This document shows, piece by piece, positions 13,186 through 25,972 of a stretch of 64,000 bases of DNA; positions within the stretch are counted from its first letter, which is position 1; every line of letters begins with the position of its first letter. Below the pieces are notes generated by a model that was not told the origin of the DNA, ran no database searches, and saw only the letters and a list, made by a program, of their open reading frames with translations. The translations under genes were made by a program, and so were the position numbers. The DNA is from Paraphysomonas bandaiensis (Eukaryota > Protista > Chrysophyceae): contig CBFFRP010000134.1 in the NCBI GenBank assembly GCA_965644295.1, positions 222,294 through 286,293 of the forward strand. The letters run 5' to 3'.

Positions 13186-16100
13186 ATGAACGCTGTGATA
13201 TTATCCCTCACAGTCATACATGCCACTAGAATGCTGAATTCCTTAACATCCATACCAATCCACAATATCCTACATCCTAATTTACATATCTACTCCACTA
13301 TAGGGTCTGCATACAGTGTATGTAGCTGTATGGACTGGACTATCATACATACTGAACAAGACACGCTATGTTCGATATGTACAACAAATCACACAATGTT
13401 TACAAATAAAAAGATTGAATTATTAATAAATAAAAGAAATCAAACCATCATAATTCCATATATAAAGAATAATATGATGAAACAGATGTGTATTGGTAGC
13501 ATTAATGATAGCACTGTATTAACTATAGGAGATCATGCATCTACTTCTCATATATGTTCACCAACAATTAATATTATGCGGCCTGTTATCTTTGATGTAT
13601 ACTTACTATCTGATTGGTATACTATTGGATTGATAATGAACGAAACCTCAACACATTCATCTCGTTGGCCCTCTATATGCTCCAGTTTAGAGATTGCATT
13701 GTCACCTAATAGTTTAGGTAATAGCGAGAATATTTTTGTGACAATAACTGGAAATGATCGGAAGGTATCGTCATTGCCCTATTGGTTGAACCTGTGTGGT
13801 TTACAGGGATTGCCAGTGACGGTTTATCAACGAAACAGGCGATATATTGAATCGTATGGCTACTGCACTGTCCAGCGGGTGGAGAATCTAAATCAAGAGA
13901 GTATCGAATCTCCAGCGTCATTGTTGTGTCTGGAAGATGTTATGCGGTTGTTATTACCATACCCCTTGCAGGAATCTAAAATGATATATGCTTCTGCACT
14001 TGGTATTGATGTAATATCTGGGAAAACAAACGTTAGCAGTTCATTGTTCATCGCGGAGTTGGGTGGTGTCCTAAAAACACTTCAAGATATTCAGACAACG
14101 GGTGGTGTAATAGAGGTCCGGTCAATGTGGAGATCACTTGTTGAAGAATTATTGATTCTGGATGAAGATGTATCTGTTATTCGGGAACTAACAACTGCTG
14201 TCGTAAGCGCGGAGAGTTCTGAACAATGGGAGGAGTCATTTTCGAACTTAGTTGTAGCATGGGGTGAATTATTTGGAGTAGGAGACACATCTACAACTAG
14301 CGAAACCAGACATCTACGCAATAGGTACAGGCTACTGGAAGGAATGCATATTCTGTCGAATAAGTATTTCCTTGAAGCGTGTTCAGGGCGTATTGAATTC
14401 TATCTTTGTTTGAGTGGTGAGGCCAGGAGGCAGATTGGAAATTTGATTGCTTCGTATGGACAATTTATACATGACTCGGTGCCTCTCGGTAAGCATCTAG
14501 CGCTAGCTCTGACAGCACTGGGAAGTTCTATTCAGAACTCCTTTGCTCCACGGAAACAATGCTTGTCCAGGGACCACTTTAAGCCTACGTCACCACCCCT
14601 CCACCGGTTTCTCTCGTTTTCAACAATCCATGTAATGATATATATCTCCACTGCCGACCATGGAGAAGTAGTTAACCACCTTCAACATTGGAGAGTCTCA
14701 TGTCCTAGCTGTGCGATTGTGACACTGTATTCGATTACCACTCTAGATGGTATAGAATCGGGCCGCGAAGGGGAACATATGCGGGAAGTTGTACTTCACC
14801 TGGAGGATTATTTGCGTCACGTGGCAGTGGAACCTGACATTGTTGTTGTGCTTTTGGGCTTGGAGAGTGTGAAAGCCTTCAGGACTCCTGGAGGCACGGG
14901 GATTATACCAGAAGTAGTTATTGGCGAGGATAATAATTTTCGACTCCACTCTCCTCTTCTTGTTGCCGCTTCTTGTGCGATTCCTCCCTCTGTGGACAGT
15001 GAATGTCTATGCACTCTAGATGTTCGTGCCTTGGCGGCCACTGTCCCGGAAATGTGGAATGTGCTTGAAGCTATATCGATAAACCCATTGTCGAGCTATA
15101 CTAGCGATGCTATTAGACATGCGTTAGAAGAATATATTATATTGAATTCAGATAGCGTTCTTTTGGACGGTGATGGCACCTTTTTTGACTTTAATATCAT
15201 GACCCAAGATTCAGCAGTAGATATTTCGTCGAGATACGAAGATTATACAGTTCAACTCAAGCAGGTGGAGGAGGATATTGTAGGTATATTAAACAGTTCG
15301 GACACGTGGATGGTGGGTAAATTTATGCTAGTTTGATATTTGTAACTCTTTCAGCAGAGCCTGTTTAAGGATAGAATATTAGATGGATTTCTTAAAGGCA
15401 ATTATATGGTTGCCTTGTATCTGGCACAATTTGTGTTTTTGTTCGCGCCACAAAGTGTCTTGTATTCAACGATAAATATCATTCACCAGGTGCGCAAGCT
15501 CTGATTTCTTGAATGAATTGTAGTCATTCAAATTAATAGATACCACGTACTCTTAAGTTTGTTTCTGACTTGACATCTGTGGAGGAGAAGCTGGCTGCAA
15601 TCGAGTACTTGGAAAGCGCTAGTGTTAGCATTCTTGACATCAATCCTTATGGTATACGCGTCTCTCACCCTGAAAAGTTCGCTTTGATGTTTAAGACAGA
15701 TCTTGAGTGTTGCGGCGATGACCTCGTGCTAGCTAAAGAGCATATTATACATATGAGATTGAGTATGCTAAGGGCGATAGAAGGTTTTTATCTGGATTTA
15801 GGTAAAATATGTAAGCTTGAAATTCGGCATCTATAACTTTGGAGAAGGAAACTGGAATACGGTTGTAGATAGATATAAAGATCGCATGCCTCCTCCCACC
15901 TACGATGAGGTACGTATGGCAAGGAAGGAATGGTATTCCCAGCGCCAATCTCTAACGAGATTACCGAATGGCGAAATCAAGACGCACTATTTCACTTATG
16001 CCAATGAACATAGAGATGGCCTCGTAAGCCTTGTGCGTAGTGCATTATTTAGCGATATAGAAGTGCAGGTATGTGGACCGCAATATTGCTTATATGCTGT

Positions 16101-16982
16101 AATTATGATGTGCAGATTGTGGGTATGGGTGAGAAATGGAGTGGTTTCTGGCAGAAATTCAGAGGGTATTGGAATGCAATTGATGATTCAGATATTATAG
16201 ATGATGACGTTATTGTACTGATTGACGCATATGATGTGCTATTGTTTCCACAAGCGAAGCGTATAGGGGAGGTAAGTTGTGTATGAGTGAAATCATTACA
16301 GCATATGAGTACTACACAGGTTCTTGAGGTATCCCAAACCGCTATTGTAAGTTGTGTTGAAAACGGTGTCCATATCGACAAAGCAAGTGCGTTGAATTAT
16401 TCTTCATATTAGCAATGAAATTTATTCTATAAATTCACGATGTAGGTGCCTGGTACTACAGTCGAGGTGGTACTACAGAAAATATTTTCAACGCAAAGTT
16501 TATAAACAGCGGGTGCATAGCAGGAAGAGCGGGCCAGGTAATAAGTTGTTTACGGATATATTTGTTGTATCTAACATATTTCTGCAGATAAAGCAGTTTC
16601 TTCTAGACGCTCTGGATCGCATGAGTTTTGATCCGGACGATCAGACAGCAACTATGTCATATTCATTTCGAAATCCCCATGTTCTTTCGCTGGATATGGA
16701 GCAAAACATGTTCTTGTGTGCATATAAAGAATCGCCCAAGTCGTTTGCAGTCCGAGCCGAAAGTTGTAATTTAGAATTTAATGGTAACTATACAAGTGCA
16801 GGCATTGTACATATGAATGGTGCCACTTACAAGATAATGTCGGAGAGGTACTAAGCTACTATCTGTATTTTATGTCCGCTGCTAATTACTTCTTGCTTTG
16901 CTTCAGACTGCTTTCTGCTTTGGAATTATGTATGTCAGGACAAGGCCGTGAAAACTATCAGACCATGGAAGCAGCACAATGA
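13186..16982 (+). CDS. Large protein with C-terminal PLOD/procollagen-type glycosyltransferase domain; multi-exon
   Basis: Long first exon (ORF to 15336); spliced C-terminus FTYANE...GMGEKWSGFWQKF...VLIDAYDVLLFP...KFINSGCIAG...DDQ...LSLDMEQNMF matches the GT-A/PLOD pattern (DxxD, NSG, DDQ). Exact splice sites partly inferred. Confidence 0.7.
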
Positions 16983-17574
16983 AGCTATTTTTCATAGTAA
17001 TATCTATACTCGGTCTATTTTAGCTGTGCTACAAGGATAATGGATATTGCTATGTGACGGGAGATTGCTATTGCATATAATGCATATAGATAGTGTGTTA
17101 CTTTTGTGTTATTTTACTGTGGTAAATTTTCTTTGAATATGGCAATGTGTTATTGCTATCGATAGAATGTATTAAATGTAACTATAATTTGATCTTATAA
17201 TATTAACATGCGCTGATCTTATGTGAATACACAAATTTTATGTGCAGTGTGGAATAAAATTAATTTGCCATGAAGTAGATGTTGTCATTATATGTATTGT
17301 AGTACAAAAAACTATTAAGATTTCTTTACTTCTGTAGGCACTTTCGTGAGTAGATAACAATATTGGTTGTAGGTGTTCTGATTGGAGTTACTTGTAACTG
17401 CACACCGACTTACTCTGTACTATGTGCAGTTTTCATTCTACATATGCGCAATACTTTTAGAACCATTTAATTTAACAGAAAACTATGAGAGCTACCGTTG
17501 TTTCTGATATTAAAGTTAAATTAGGAAATTTTATAGTTATTTTGTTATTTTAGTATACTATAATGTATAATATA

Positions 17575-17772
17575 CCCTCAACAAAGTCGGATTCGCACCT
17601 TTTCGTGGTGTTATGGGGAATAAAAACCGGAGATATTTCGCCGGGAGACTAACGTGAGCCGCATAATATATAGTCAGCAAATATTGTTCTGCCCACTCCT
17701 TGCCAAACGGCTTCTGTGGTGGTACAAGGGACACTAATTAGTGTCAAGTTGTGTAGACGTCATTGGGCCTTA
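17575..17772 (+). repeat. Dispersed repeat family A, 5' part (unclassified, TE-like)
   Basis: ctcaacaaagtcgga...ttgtgtagacg is similar to 58201-58469 and to the reverse complement of 37690-38064. Confidence 0.8.
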
Positions 17773-17798
17773 AGTCGATGTGATGATGACCAAAGCTG

Positions 17799-20358
17799 AT
17801 AAGGTTTTTTTGCGGCCCGCCAGGGCCCTCGGCCCTCGCGGGCCCGCGGCCCCCCGCGGGCCCTCTAAAATTAATTTTTTTCAGTTTTTGCCTCCTGAAG
17901 ATTTTGATTTGTTATATTATTTCAGTTATTGTCTTTTAAAGATTTCGAGTTTTGAAAAAACTAATGTGATTAGTTTTTAATTTCGACTTTTTGAAAACTT
18001 AATACAAATTCATTAATAATTTTGTCATCAAGCAGGCGATTAATAATGCATGATTCTAATTCAGAAGAATCAGGGAGAAAAGATAGTTGTAATAGCGATG
18101 ATCTCCCTACAACTTTTCAGTGGGAAGGTTTCAGATACACTATCAAGCAGAGGAAGAGGCTTCAAGATGGTTCGGTATAATATATTCTCTATCAGTAAGC
18201 CACTGATCCATATATTTAGGAAATTTGAAGGGTTATTATCGGTGCTCAAAACACCGGAAAGGAAGAACATGTGGCTGTCCAGCTAAATTGACAATTCTTG
18301 TTCACGAGCAAGCAGAAGAATCTGATGAAAAACTGATAATTTCAAAGGGGAAAGAGGAGCACAAATGTGGTGCCGCCATCTTTATATTGCCTTCAGATTC
18401 ACCAACATCTGATGATAATTCCAAGGAGAGGTCGTCGTTTTGTAAAGGTGTATATGACGCAAGTGGTGAAATGAAACAACTTTGTGAAGCAATGGCGTTG
18501 AAAGATGTTTCGAAGTCCTCCATTGCGATTGCAAATGAAGTTGCGGAAACAACGCGAGCGAAATATAAGCAGCTCGGTGAGAAAATTGATATTTTTTTGT
18601 TTTTGCTGTTTTCACTTCATTTTCTTTTGCTTATTTCGGTAGGAATGCCATATAGATATCTCGAAACGTCGAAACTCAAAGCTTTGGTGTATCAGTGTAG
18701 ACGTTTAGAGTTCAATGATTGGGAAGGAATTATATCGTCGTATCCGCTTGTGAACTGTGCTGATGACGACGAGAGACTATTTTTACAGTTCAATACTTCA
18801 ATCAATGTTAGCAATCAGATGCAGAAGATAATTGGCTTTGCACATCCTGATTTAATCAATATTGTAAAGGGTGGTCCGGTCCATCTGTTTATAGACTGTA
18901 CTTTTAAATGTGTGCCAAAGGGATTTTCTCAGTGTCTAGTAATTATGATATATGACTACGCCTCGTCCCTATACATTCCTGTATTTTATATATTGCTGCA
19001 ATCGAAGTTTGAAGAAGTGTATTCCATGGCTCTTTATTTGAGTAAGGCCTCAACAGATTTCATGATGGAGATCATCAATGGCTCAGTGGATTTCGAGAAG
19101 GGTCTGATGAATGCTATCAAACGGAACTTTGAGGGCAAGCCTGTAACTGGATGCGCGTTTCACTGGAAGCAAGCAATCCGTAGGAAATTGTTCAGCCTGG
19201 GTATTCCCGATGAGGTGATTACGCCATTGATGAATAAAACTGGTCTCATCAACATTCTATTAACAATTCCTATTGAAGATATTGAGCCTAAAGGGATACC
19301 ATATGTGCGCCAACATTTTGACGAAGGTGTTCACCGAGCCAAGTTTGACATATTCTGGAAATACTTCGTGAAGACCTGGATGCTCTCGTACGATCCTAAT
19401 GATTGGAATGTGCATGGCATTGTAACAGACGAGTCATCAACATCCCGCTTGATTAATAGAACCAACAATCCACTGGAAAGGTTTAACAGAAAGCTGAACG
19501 AGGCTTTTCCCACTGCGCATCCTTCCGTGGTGTTATATGTGAGTACTATTCGGAAGCTAAGTCAAGAATACGTCGAACTTCGAAACAAAATTCTCAGGGG
19601 TCATGCATCCCGGCCGAAACATCTGCCATTCCAGCAATTCACATTGCCAGAGGACTACGCTGCATTTGAAATGGACAGGTCAGTCCAAAGGACTAAGTTT
19701 GCGCAGCTCAACCAATACAAGTTTTTGATTGGGAAGAGCCACTATGATCCTGAGGATGGGTGCATGTACGAGGTGGTGAGAGTTGGATTTTACGAGGGGT
19801 CCATCGTTGGCTATCGCGAGCAGTGCCGACTGCAGAATGGATATGTTGTCGATGTACCCACTGATGATTGTATTTCAATTGAGGAGATAGTGAAATACAC
19901 TGGATGTGGCAAGGAGTCTACAGTGACAGCCGAAGACTGTGCTTTCACCGAGGAGATTGAGACATGCTGTGTTGCCGCCGGCAGGGCTCAGACCGGCGCC
20001 AAACGCCGGAATAGGGCCGGTGGGGCCGGCCCCGGCGTTGTTTAGGGGCGGGGGCCTGGGGGCAGTGGACGCCGGCTCGTAGAGTCGAAGCGTGGGGAGC
20101 CCCCAGCTCCGAAAAATGTTTTGGTATAAAGTTGCTCTTGCTTAAGATATTAATAACTCTTGCTAAATTTGACCCTTTGCTTTGTGCGTAATACTGCCCT
20201 TTGCTTTGTGCGTTATTGTTGCTTGTGGTTGTAGTGTGTGTTGTGTGTGTTTTTAATTAAGAATTATTGTTATTATTGTTAGTTGTAGTAGAGGGCCAAA
20301 TGCGGGCCGAGGGCCCTAGCGGGCCGAGGGCCAAAAAGGGCCAAAATTAAATTTTTCC
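17799..20358 (+). mobile_element. Mutator-like (MULE) DNA transposon, apparently autonomous
   Basis: 9-bp TSD CCAAAGCTG at 17790-17798 and 20359-20367; inverted subterminal GC-rich motif cggcccgcYagggccctcggccc at both ends; contains a full transposase. Confidence 0.85.
18046..20045 (+). CDS. MULE transposase with N-terminal FLYWCH/WRKY-like zinc finger
   Basis: Introns 18170-18219 and 18577-18642 give a continuous frame. Zn finger YYRCSKH..CGCPAKL..H; catalytic IDCTF, VDFE, GCAFHWKQA (CxxH) and RTNNPLERFN. Confidence 0.9.
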
Positions 20359-20798
20359 CCAAAGCTGCCAATGGTGAAACGGTCAAACCCTGGTAAAATT
20401 TTGAAAATGTCAATTTAAGTTGAGTTTTTGATGCAGTAGGTGTGAAGAGAACGTGTTTTAAATGACATTTAATAAGTTTTATATTAGTTACAGATCAAAA
20501 ACGTGAGAGTGTAACGGTTACACTATACATGATGATATATATATATGCGTACTATAGTATACAAAGTTCTGTTGACTAATTATTAAAAATACTTAAAAGC
20601 GATAATAAACAGAACTTCTGGCACATTCGCTAGTAATGATAGATGCAGAATCAACTCACCTATCTCTACCAACCACTCCTTAGTGGGTTTCTCAATATAA
20701 CCTCACTTTTACTGGAAGGGATGTGAGGCTTACCCTGGTAGTTTTCATCTAGCTATTTATCTGGTGCAGATTCTTGACGCATATTGCTAATAATAAGA

Positions 20799-21123
20799 CT
20801 TGTGTAGACGACTTTGAGCCTTGACGAATTAAACAGGCATCCGGGAATAGGCGAAAACCTCATATGGGCATCCGAATTATTGGGTTGCCTGCTGAAAAGT
20901 CAAGCATCCGGGCTGGTCACCTTAAGGACTCAAAAATCCTGAAGTTAGCAGATGTCTCAACATGCTTTCTCACGTTTGCATTAAGTGATAGAACGGAGGT
21001 GGATGTACCTTGAAACTTTGGTGACGTACAAGCAGCCTTCGTAGCGCTAAATAGGAAAAGTATCTCCGGTACTTATCCCTCTTAACACCATGAAGAGGTG
21101 ATGATCCGACTTTGTTGAGGGAG
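20799..21123. repeat. Dispersed repeat family A: 3' part (+, 20799-21052) abutting an inverted 5' part (21056-21123)
   Basis: Similarity to the 17575, 37690 and 58201 copies. Confidence 0.75.
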
Positions 21124-21795
21124 TGATAGAACATGTTATTGAACGTTGTCAAATTGACAAACTTCTCTAGTTACAATAACGTTTGGTATTGGCCTCATCA
21201 ATATAATATAATATATATGATTCAAACCTAATCATATAAGACTATTGCATAGAGCTACGCATTATCACAGGTGAAACTGTATTTTATCCTCATCATCGGA
21301 AATTTAACACTACGTTCCAGCTCGCCCTCTGCAATATCTTGCTGCATACCAAATTATATTAAATTAATTTATATAATGCTCATGAACCATCAGTTTCATT
21401 ATGATACTGAGAAAAGCATGCCAGGACATCTAGTATACAAAATAAGTGTTAGTAATAACCAATCACTTGCTATAAAACAGTCTAACTACATAATATATTG
21501 CGTGAAATGGCAATGACCACAGTGACCACGCTATAAAAATCACGCGCGCAATTAATCTGGAGTCATCTGCAACACATATCAAACATGACAGCGTAGAGGT
21601 TTTGGTCATTATGTGATCTTATTAACTACAGTATTAAAAATGTAATTTACGCATGTATTTAAGTACTGACTAATGATATACGGTATACTAATATATCGCA
21701 AATGTATTATCTATATGTTGAGAGAAAACTGCAATAGTACCTGCAGGTTCAGTCAACGTACAGCATGACAAGTGAAAGCAGTGATCTAACTCTAC

Positions 21796-22919
21796 CAGGG
21801 ATAGGGAACAATATATTGTATTGCAATATATTGTACAATATATTGCAATATATTGTAAAATATATTGATTGGTGGACTGGTCAAATATTCCATCAATAGT
21901 GTTTCTGTTAATAGAGCTCACAATACTATTGCAATATATTGCAATCAATATTATGATAGTCATATAAGAGAAGATCCTCAACTGTATGGTGCAAAATATA
22001 CGCCTCTGTATACAAATATCCGGAAAATAAGAAAAAAAGCCTATTTTTGATGTTATTTTCTATTTTTTATGTATCGCCAGCTCAAACAGCACTCTACACC
22101 TCTCCACATGTATGTACAGTACTTCTCTTAATATAGTATATATATCCTATAGTGACAAGAAGAGACAACTGAATGATGAGTGCATACAAGAGTAGGGACA
22201 TTTACCGCTGTTTTTGGAGTCCGGTCGAAGGTGTCCCGAACAAACACGAGTGTAAAATCTGCGGACGTAAACGACAACAGAATATTCGGAATGGATACAA
22301 CAATCTAAAGGATCTAAAGACAGTGATTATTGCAACAATACAGAGGATGATGAAGCTGAAGTTGGCTATGCGGAAAAAATTCTTCAATCAGCTCAAAAAC
22401 TTAAGAAGCGAAAAGTTGAAATATCTAAGTACAGGTGCACGAGTCATGTAGTATGTACTTCCAATACGTGTGAACGCCTGTTCAGCGCAGCAAAACTGAT
22501 TATATCAGTGTTGCGCAAACGTATGCATCCTACTACACTTAATATGCTGTTGTTTCTGAAAGCTAACCGACAGTTGTGGCCGGATGCAAGCATATTTCAA
22601 TCAATATTGAATGAATATGGTGATGATGATGTCACCGATGATGGCTCAGAGGATGAGTATGAGGAAACTTTTAATTAGTTAAGAGTAGTGGGTTTGATTA
22701 TCAAGTGACCTTAGACCTTATAAAATATGGCAAGTACTAAAAATGAAAACTACGGATGTGTTTACTTACTGATTAGTCATACTAATATATTGCAATATAT
22801 TGTACAATATATTGCAATATATTGCAATAGTATTGTAGGGCCGGTTTAAAAAATCCATCAATACTATTGATGGAACGCTACCTAACAATAGTATTGCAAT
22901 ATATTGTTCCCTATCCCTG
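21796..22919 (+). mobile_element. Non-autonomous hAT element (Ds-like internal deletion)
   Basis: Perfect 23-bp TIR cagggatagggaacaatatattg; 8-bp TSD AACTCTAC at 21788-21795 and 22920-22927; subterminal caatatattg repeats; BED-finger start (HECKICG..RQQ..NGYNNL) joined to dimerisation domain (TSNTCERLFSAAKL...FLKANRQLW). Confidence 0.95.
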
Positions 22920-23547
22920 AACTCTACTACTACCATACTGAAACGCTTAAGACTACACATCTATTTTGTGCAATTAGTATCGGATAGCAATTAGTAATTT
23001 TTGCTTGCTACAATATTTTTTATTTCTGCTGGCAATATATTGCAATATTGTTAACTAGCCCTGTTTACATGACTTCACTAATATTATTGATGGGGTGGCA
23101 GTTAACAGTAGTATTGCAATGCAAGTATTGTTCCCTACTAGCATTGGTGAATACTATAAACTATAAACACTTAGTTAAACTCTAATTGGTAATTAATGAT
23201 GAGGTCTTCAATCTAGTTGACTAGTTGGTAGTTATATCAACATTGTCGTGCGTATGGTTGAATAGTTCAATGTATTAGATATGGTTGAATAGAGTACACT
23301 CTGAATACAAATATACACAAACTATTAAACTGAAACTTATTTAAGATACTAGTATACGATTATCAATATAGAGGACCGCGGGATGGTATACCTGTGTATG
23401 TATACTACACGTAGGAGATATATAGAAAAACAGAGTATGAGGGGTATGATATATGGGTATATAGGGAGGGGTGTGTATGTATAGACTATACCATATGACT
23501 TATATATGGATGTATATGGATGAATGGAGCTATAGAGAATAGTGTAG

Positions 23548-23960
23548 ATTGAGTGAAGTGAGAGTGTGGACCAATAAGAGATCTGGATATGATGATACAG
23601 TACTCTAATATGGTCACTTCAATATCGATAGAATTGAGTGAAGTGAGAATGTGGACCAATAAGAGATCTGGATATGATGATACAGTACTCTAATATGGTC
23701 ACTTCAATATCGATAGAATTGAGTGAAGTGAGAATGTGGACCAATAAGAGATCTGGATATGATGATACAGTACTCTAATATGGTCACTTCAATATCGATA
23801 GAATTGAGTGAAGTGAGAATGTGGACCAATAAGAGATCTGGATATGATGATACAGTACTCTAATATGGTCACTTCAATATCGATAGAATTGAGTGAAGTG
23901 AGAATGTGGACCAATAAGAGATCTGGATACGATGATACTCCAATATGGTCACTTCAATAT
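23548..23960. repeat. 85-bp tandem minisatellite, about 4.8 copies
   Basis: ttgagtgaagtgaga recurs at 23549, 23634, 23719, 23804 and 23889. Confidence 0.95.
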
Positions 23961-24140
23961 GGTATATAGTACTTCAATATAGATGGATTGACTGAAGTGA
24001 GTGCTGAGGTTACACTCTGCTGACACCTCCAATAAAGGCTCTATCATTTTGTTTGATATTCATGATCATAGCAGTAGTAGCTGTTATTCTTTTCAATAGA
24101 TGTTGCTCTCTTTAGTATGTATGTATGTAGGCATATCCGT

Positions 24141-24289
24141 CTCGGCATCCTTTGTATATTTTTGTTCAAAGATGCCTCTAATATTGAGATAACAATTATG
24201 TGTATTGCAGCCGTATTTATACTGCAGTTATATAGAATATATTTGCTTCATTTTATTACCGAAAAATAAGATGCTGACTGCCCATACTT
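24141..24289 (-). repeat. Dispersed repeat family B
   Basis: Reverse complement matches 30861-30980 and 35671-35808. Confidence 0.8.
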
Positions 24290-24778
24290 CCGGATATCAT
24301 ATTGAGCACTAGGTATCATGTGCTGATATACGAGCGAAGTATGTATTGATGATATTTTGTTGAGTAAAAAAATAATTATTACAAAATTACTGAAAATATT
24401 GTCCGCAAAAAAATAAATTTTGTTTATACATTATCTTATACATTATACCAAGAAAAAACGACTCTTTGGATACCCACAAAATTATTTATGTACAATTGTG
24501 TGTGACGATGTGATCTGATATCAAAATCACTACAAAAATTACGTATACAACAACAACAACAACAAGTGCCAGCTCTGGAGACTTGAGTTGTACACACTCA
24601 TCAACAGCACAGGCAGGTCATATATATGATAATCTGCTATACAATCCCATCCTATTCATCTAATAGTTATTAATAGTATTAAGAATAACAATAATTTCAC
24701 TGCAAATGTATCAAATACCTTTATATAATACATAGAGATATATCCCTTTAGTAGTATCATTGATTGATGTATTAAAGG

Positions 24779-25656
24779 ATGACATCATCGTGTTTACTTC
24801 TTGGAGGAACATTTGCTTTTTTTATTCAATTCTTATTAGCATTAATATGTTTTCTTACACTTGTTGTGAAAAGACATTTCGAATATCCAAAGAGGGATAT
24901 ATTGGTATGGACAATGGATGGAATGAAACAAGGGGTTGGTTCAGCTACTGGACACTTTGCAAATATTATACTGTCTGGAGTATTAGCTAAAGGATTAGTT
25001 GACGGTGATGAGTGTCAATGGTACTGTCTCAATTACCTCACTGATGCGACATTTGGGGTTACATTTAATGTTAGCGCTTTGATGTTCATAGAAGCAGTTT
25101 CGTCCAAACTTTTTTTGTCAGATATGCGCTGGTTTAATTTCGGAGAGTATGGTGACCCACCGTCGGTAAGCGTGTGGGCCGTGCAATTGTTAGTGTGGCT
25201 CTTTATTGTGCTTAGTGGGAAGGTTGTTATTTTCTCCATATTCTTTTTCCTCTCGCACTACGTTGATGAATTTATTAGATCCCTCTTTAGTATATTTGAT
25301 GGTCATCCTAAGGTTGAACTTGTATTTGTGATGATAATTATTCCTTTTATCCTCAACATTTTTCAATTTTGGGTGCAAGATTCATTTTTAAAGCAGAAAT
25401 CAGAAGATATGGCTCATGAAAGTAATTTAGACAAGGCAAGTAAATATGCTTAAGTGTACGTGTTTTCTGATTCGAATTTCAGAGCTTGAGGAATGGTCTA
25501 CTTGATACTTCTCCAAGGGGCGCAACTAGCAGACCAGTTGTGAGAAACTCTGGGGGACCAGTCCTCTCAAATTCTTACAACAGTTGGCAACAGTCAGAAA
25601 ATTTACTATTAACAGCATCAGACTACCATGAAGATGATGAGGATTGGGAGTTGTGA
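24779..25656 (+). CDS. STIMATE/TMEM110-family multi-pass membrane protein
   Basis: Motifs C.LL.G.F...IQ.LL, KR..E.PKR...VW..D..KQ, DECQWY..NY..D.T.G, FGEYGDPP...W..QL, ELVFVMIIIP..LN.FQFWVQDSFLK. The last exon depends on an inferred GC-AG intron at 25436-25482. Confidence 0.85.
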
Positions 25657-25972
25657 AGCAACCTCATGCATCATCGTCGGAGTATTGCATTGTTCGTAAC
25701 ATCGTAAACACTAGTGTGAATTTTATTACGTTACCTAGAATTTATGAGATAATGTACGCATAAGTAATTTGTACCATTTATTATAAGAAATAGTATCCTT
25801 AAGCTCTTATTGCAAGGGAATCATTTTGATTGAATAATTATGAATTGCTGCAAGGGGCAGCCAAAGAGCTCCTGCAACACTACACATTGTGATCAAATAA
25901 ATAATTAGATTCCTTATACTTGTATCTAGAAGCCCTATATCAGAAGTAGTAACAGAAATCGAATATATTAAA

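Noticed and set aside
18577-18642. Hydrophobic, TM-like segment in the MULE ORF (IFLFLLFSLHFLLLISV)
   Set aside because: It is a 66-nt in-frame, T-rich GT-AG intron.
23548-23960. CRISPR-like array
   Set aside because: Units are contiguous and near-identical with no unique spacers; no cas genes; eukaryotic context.
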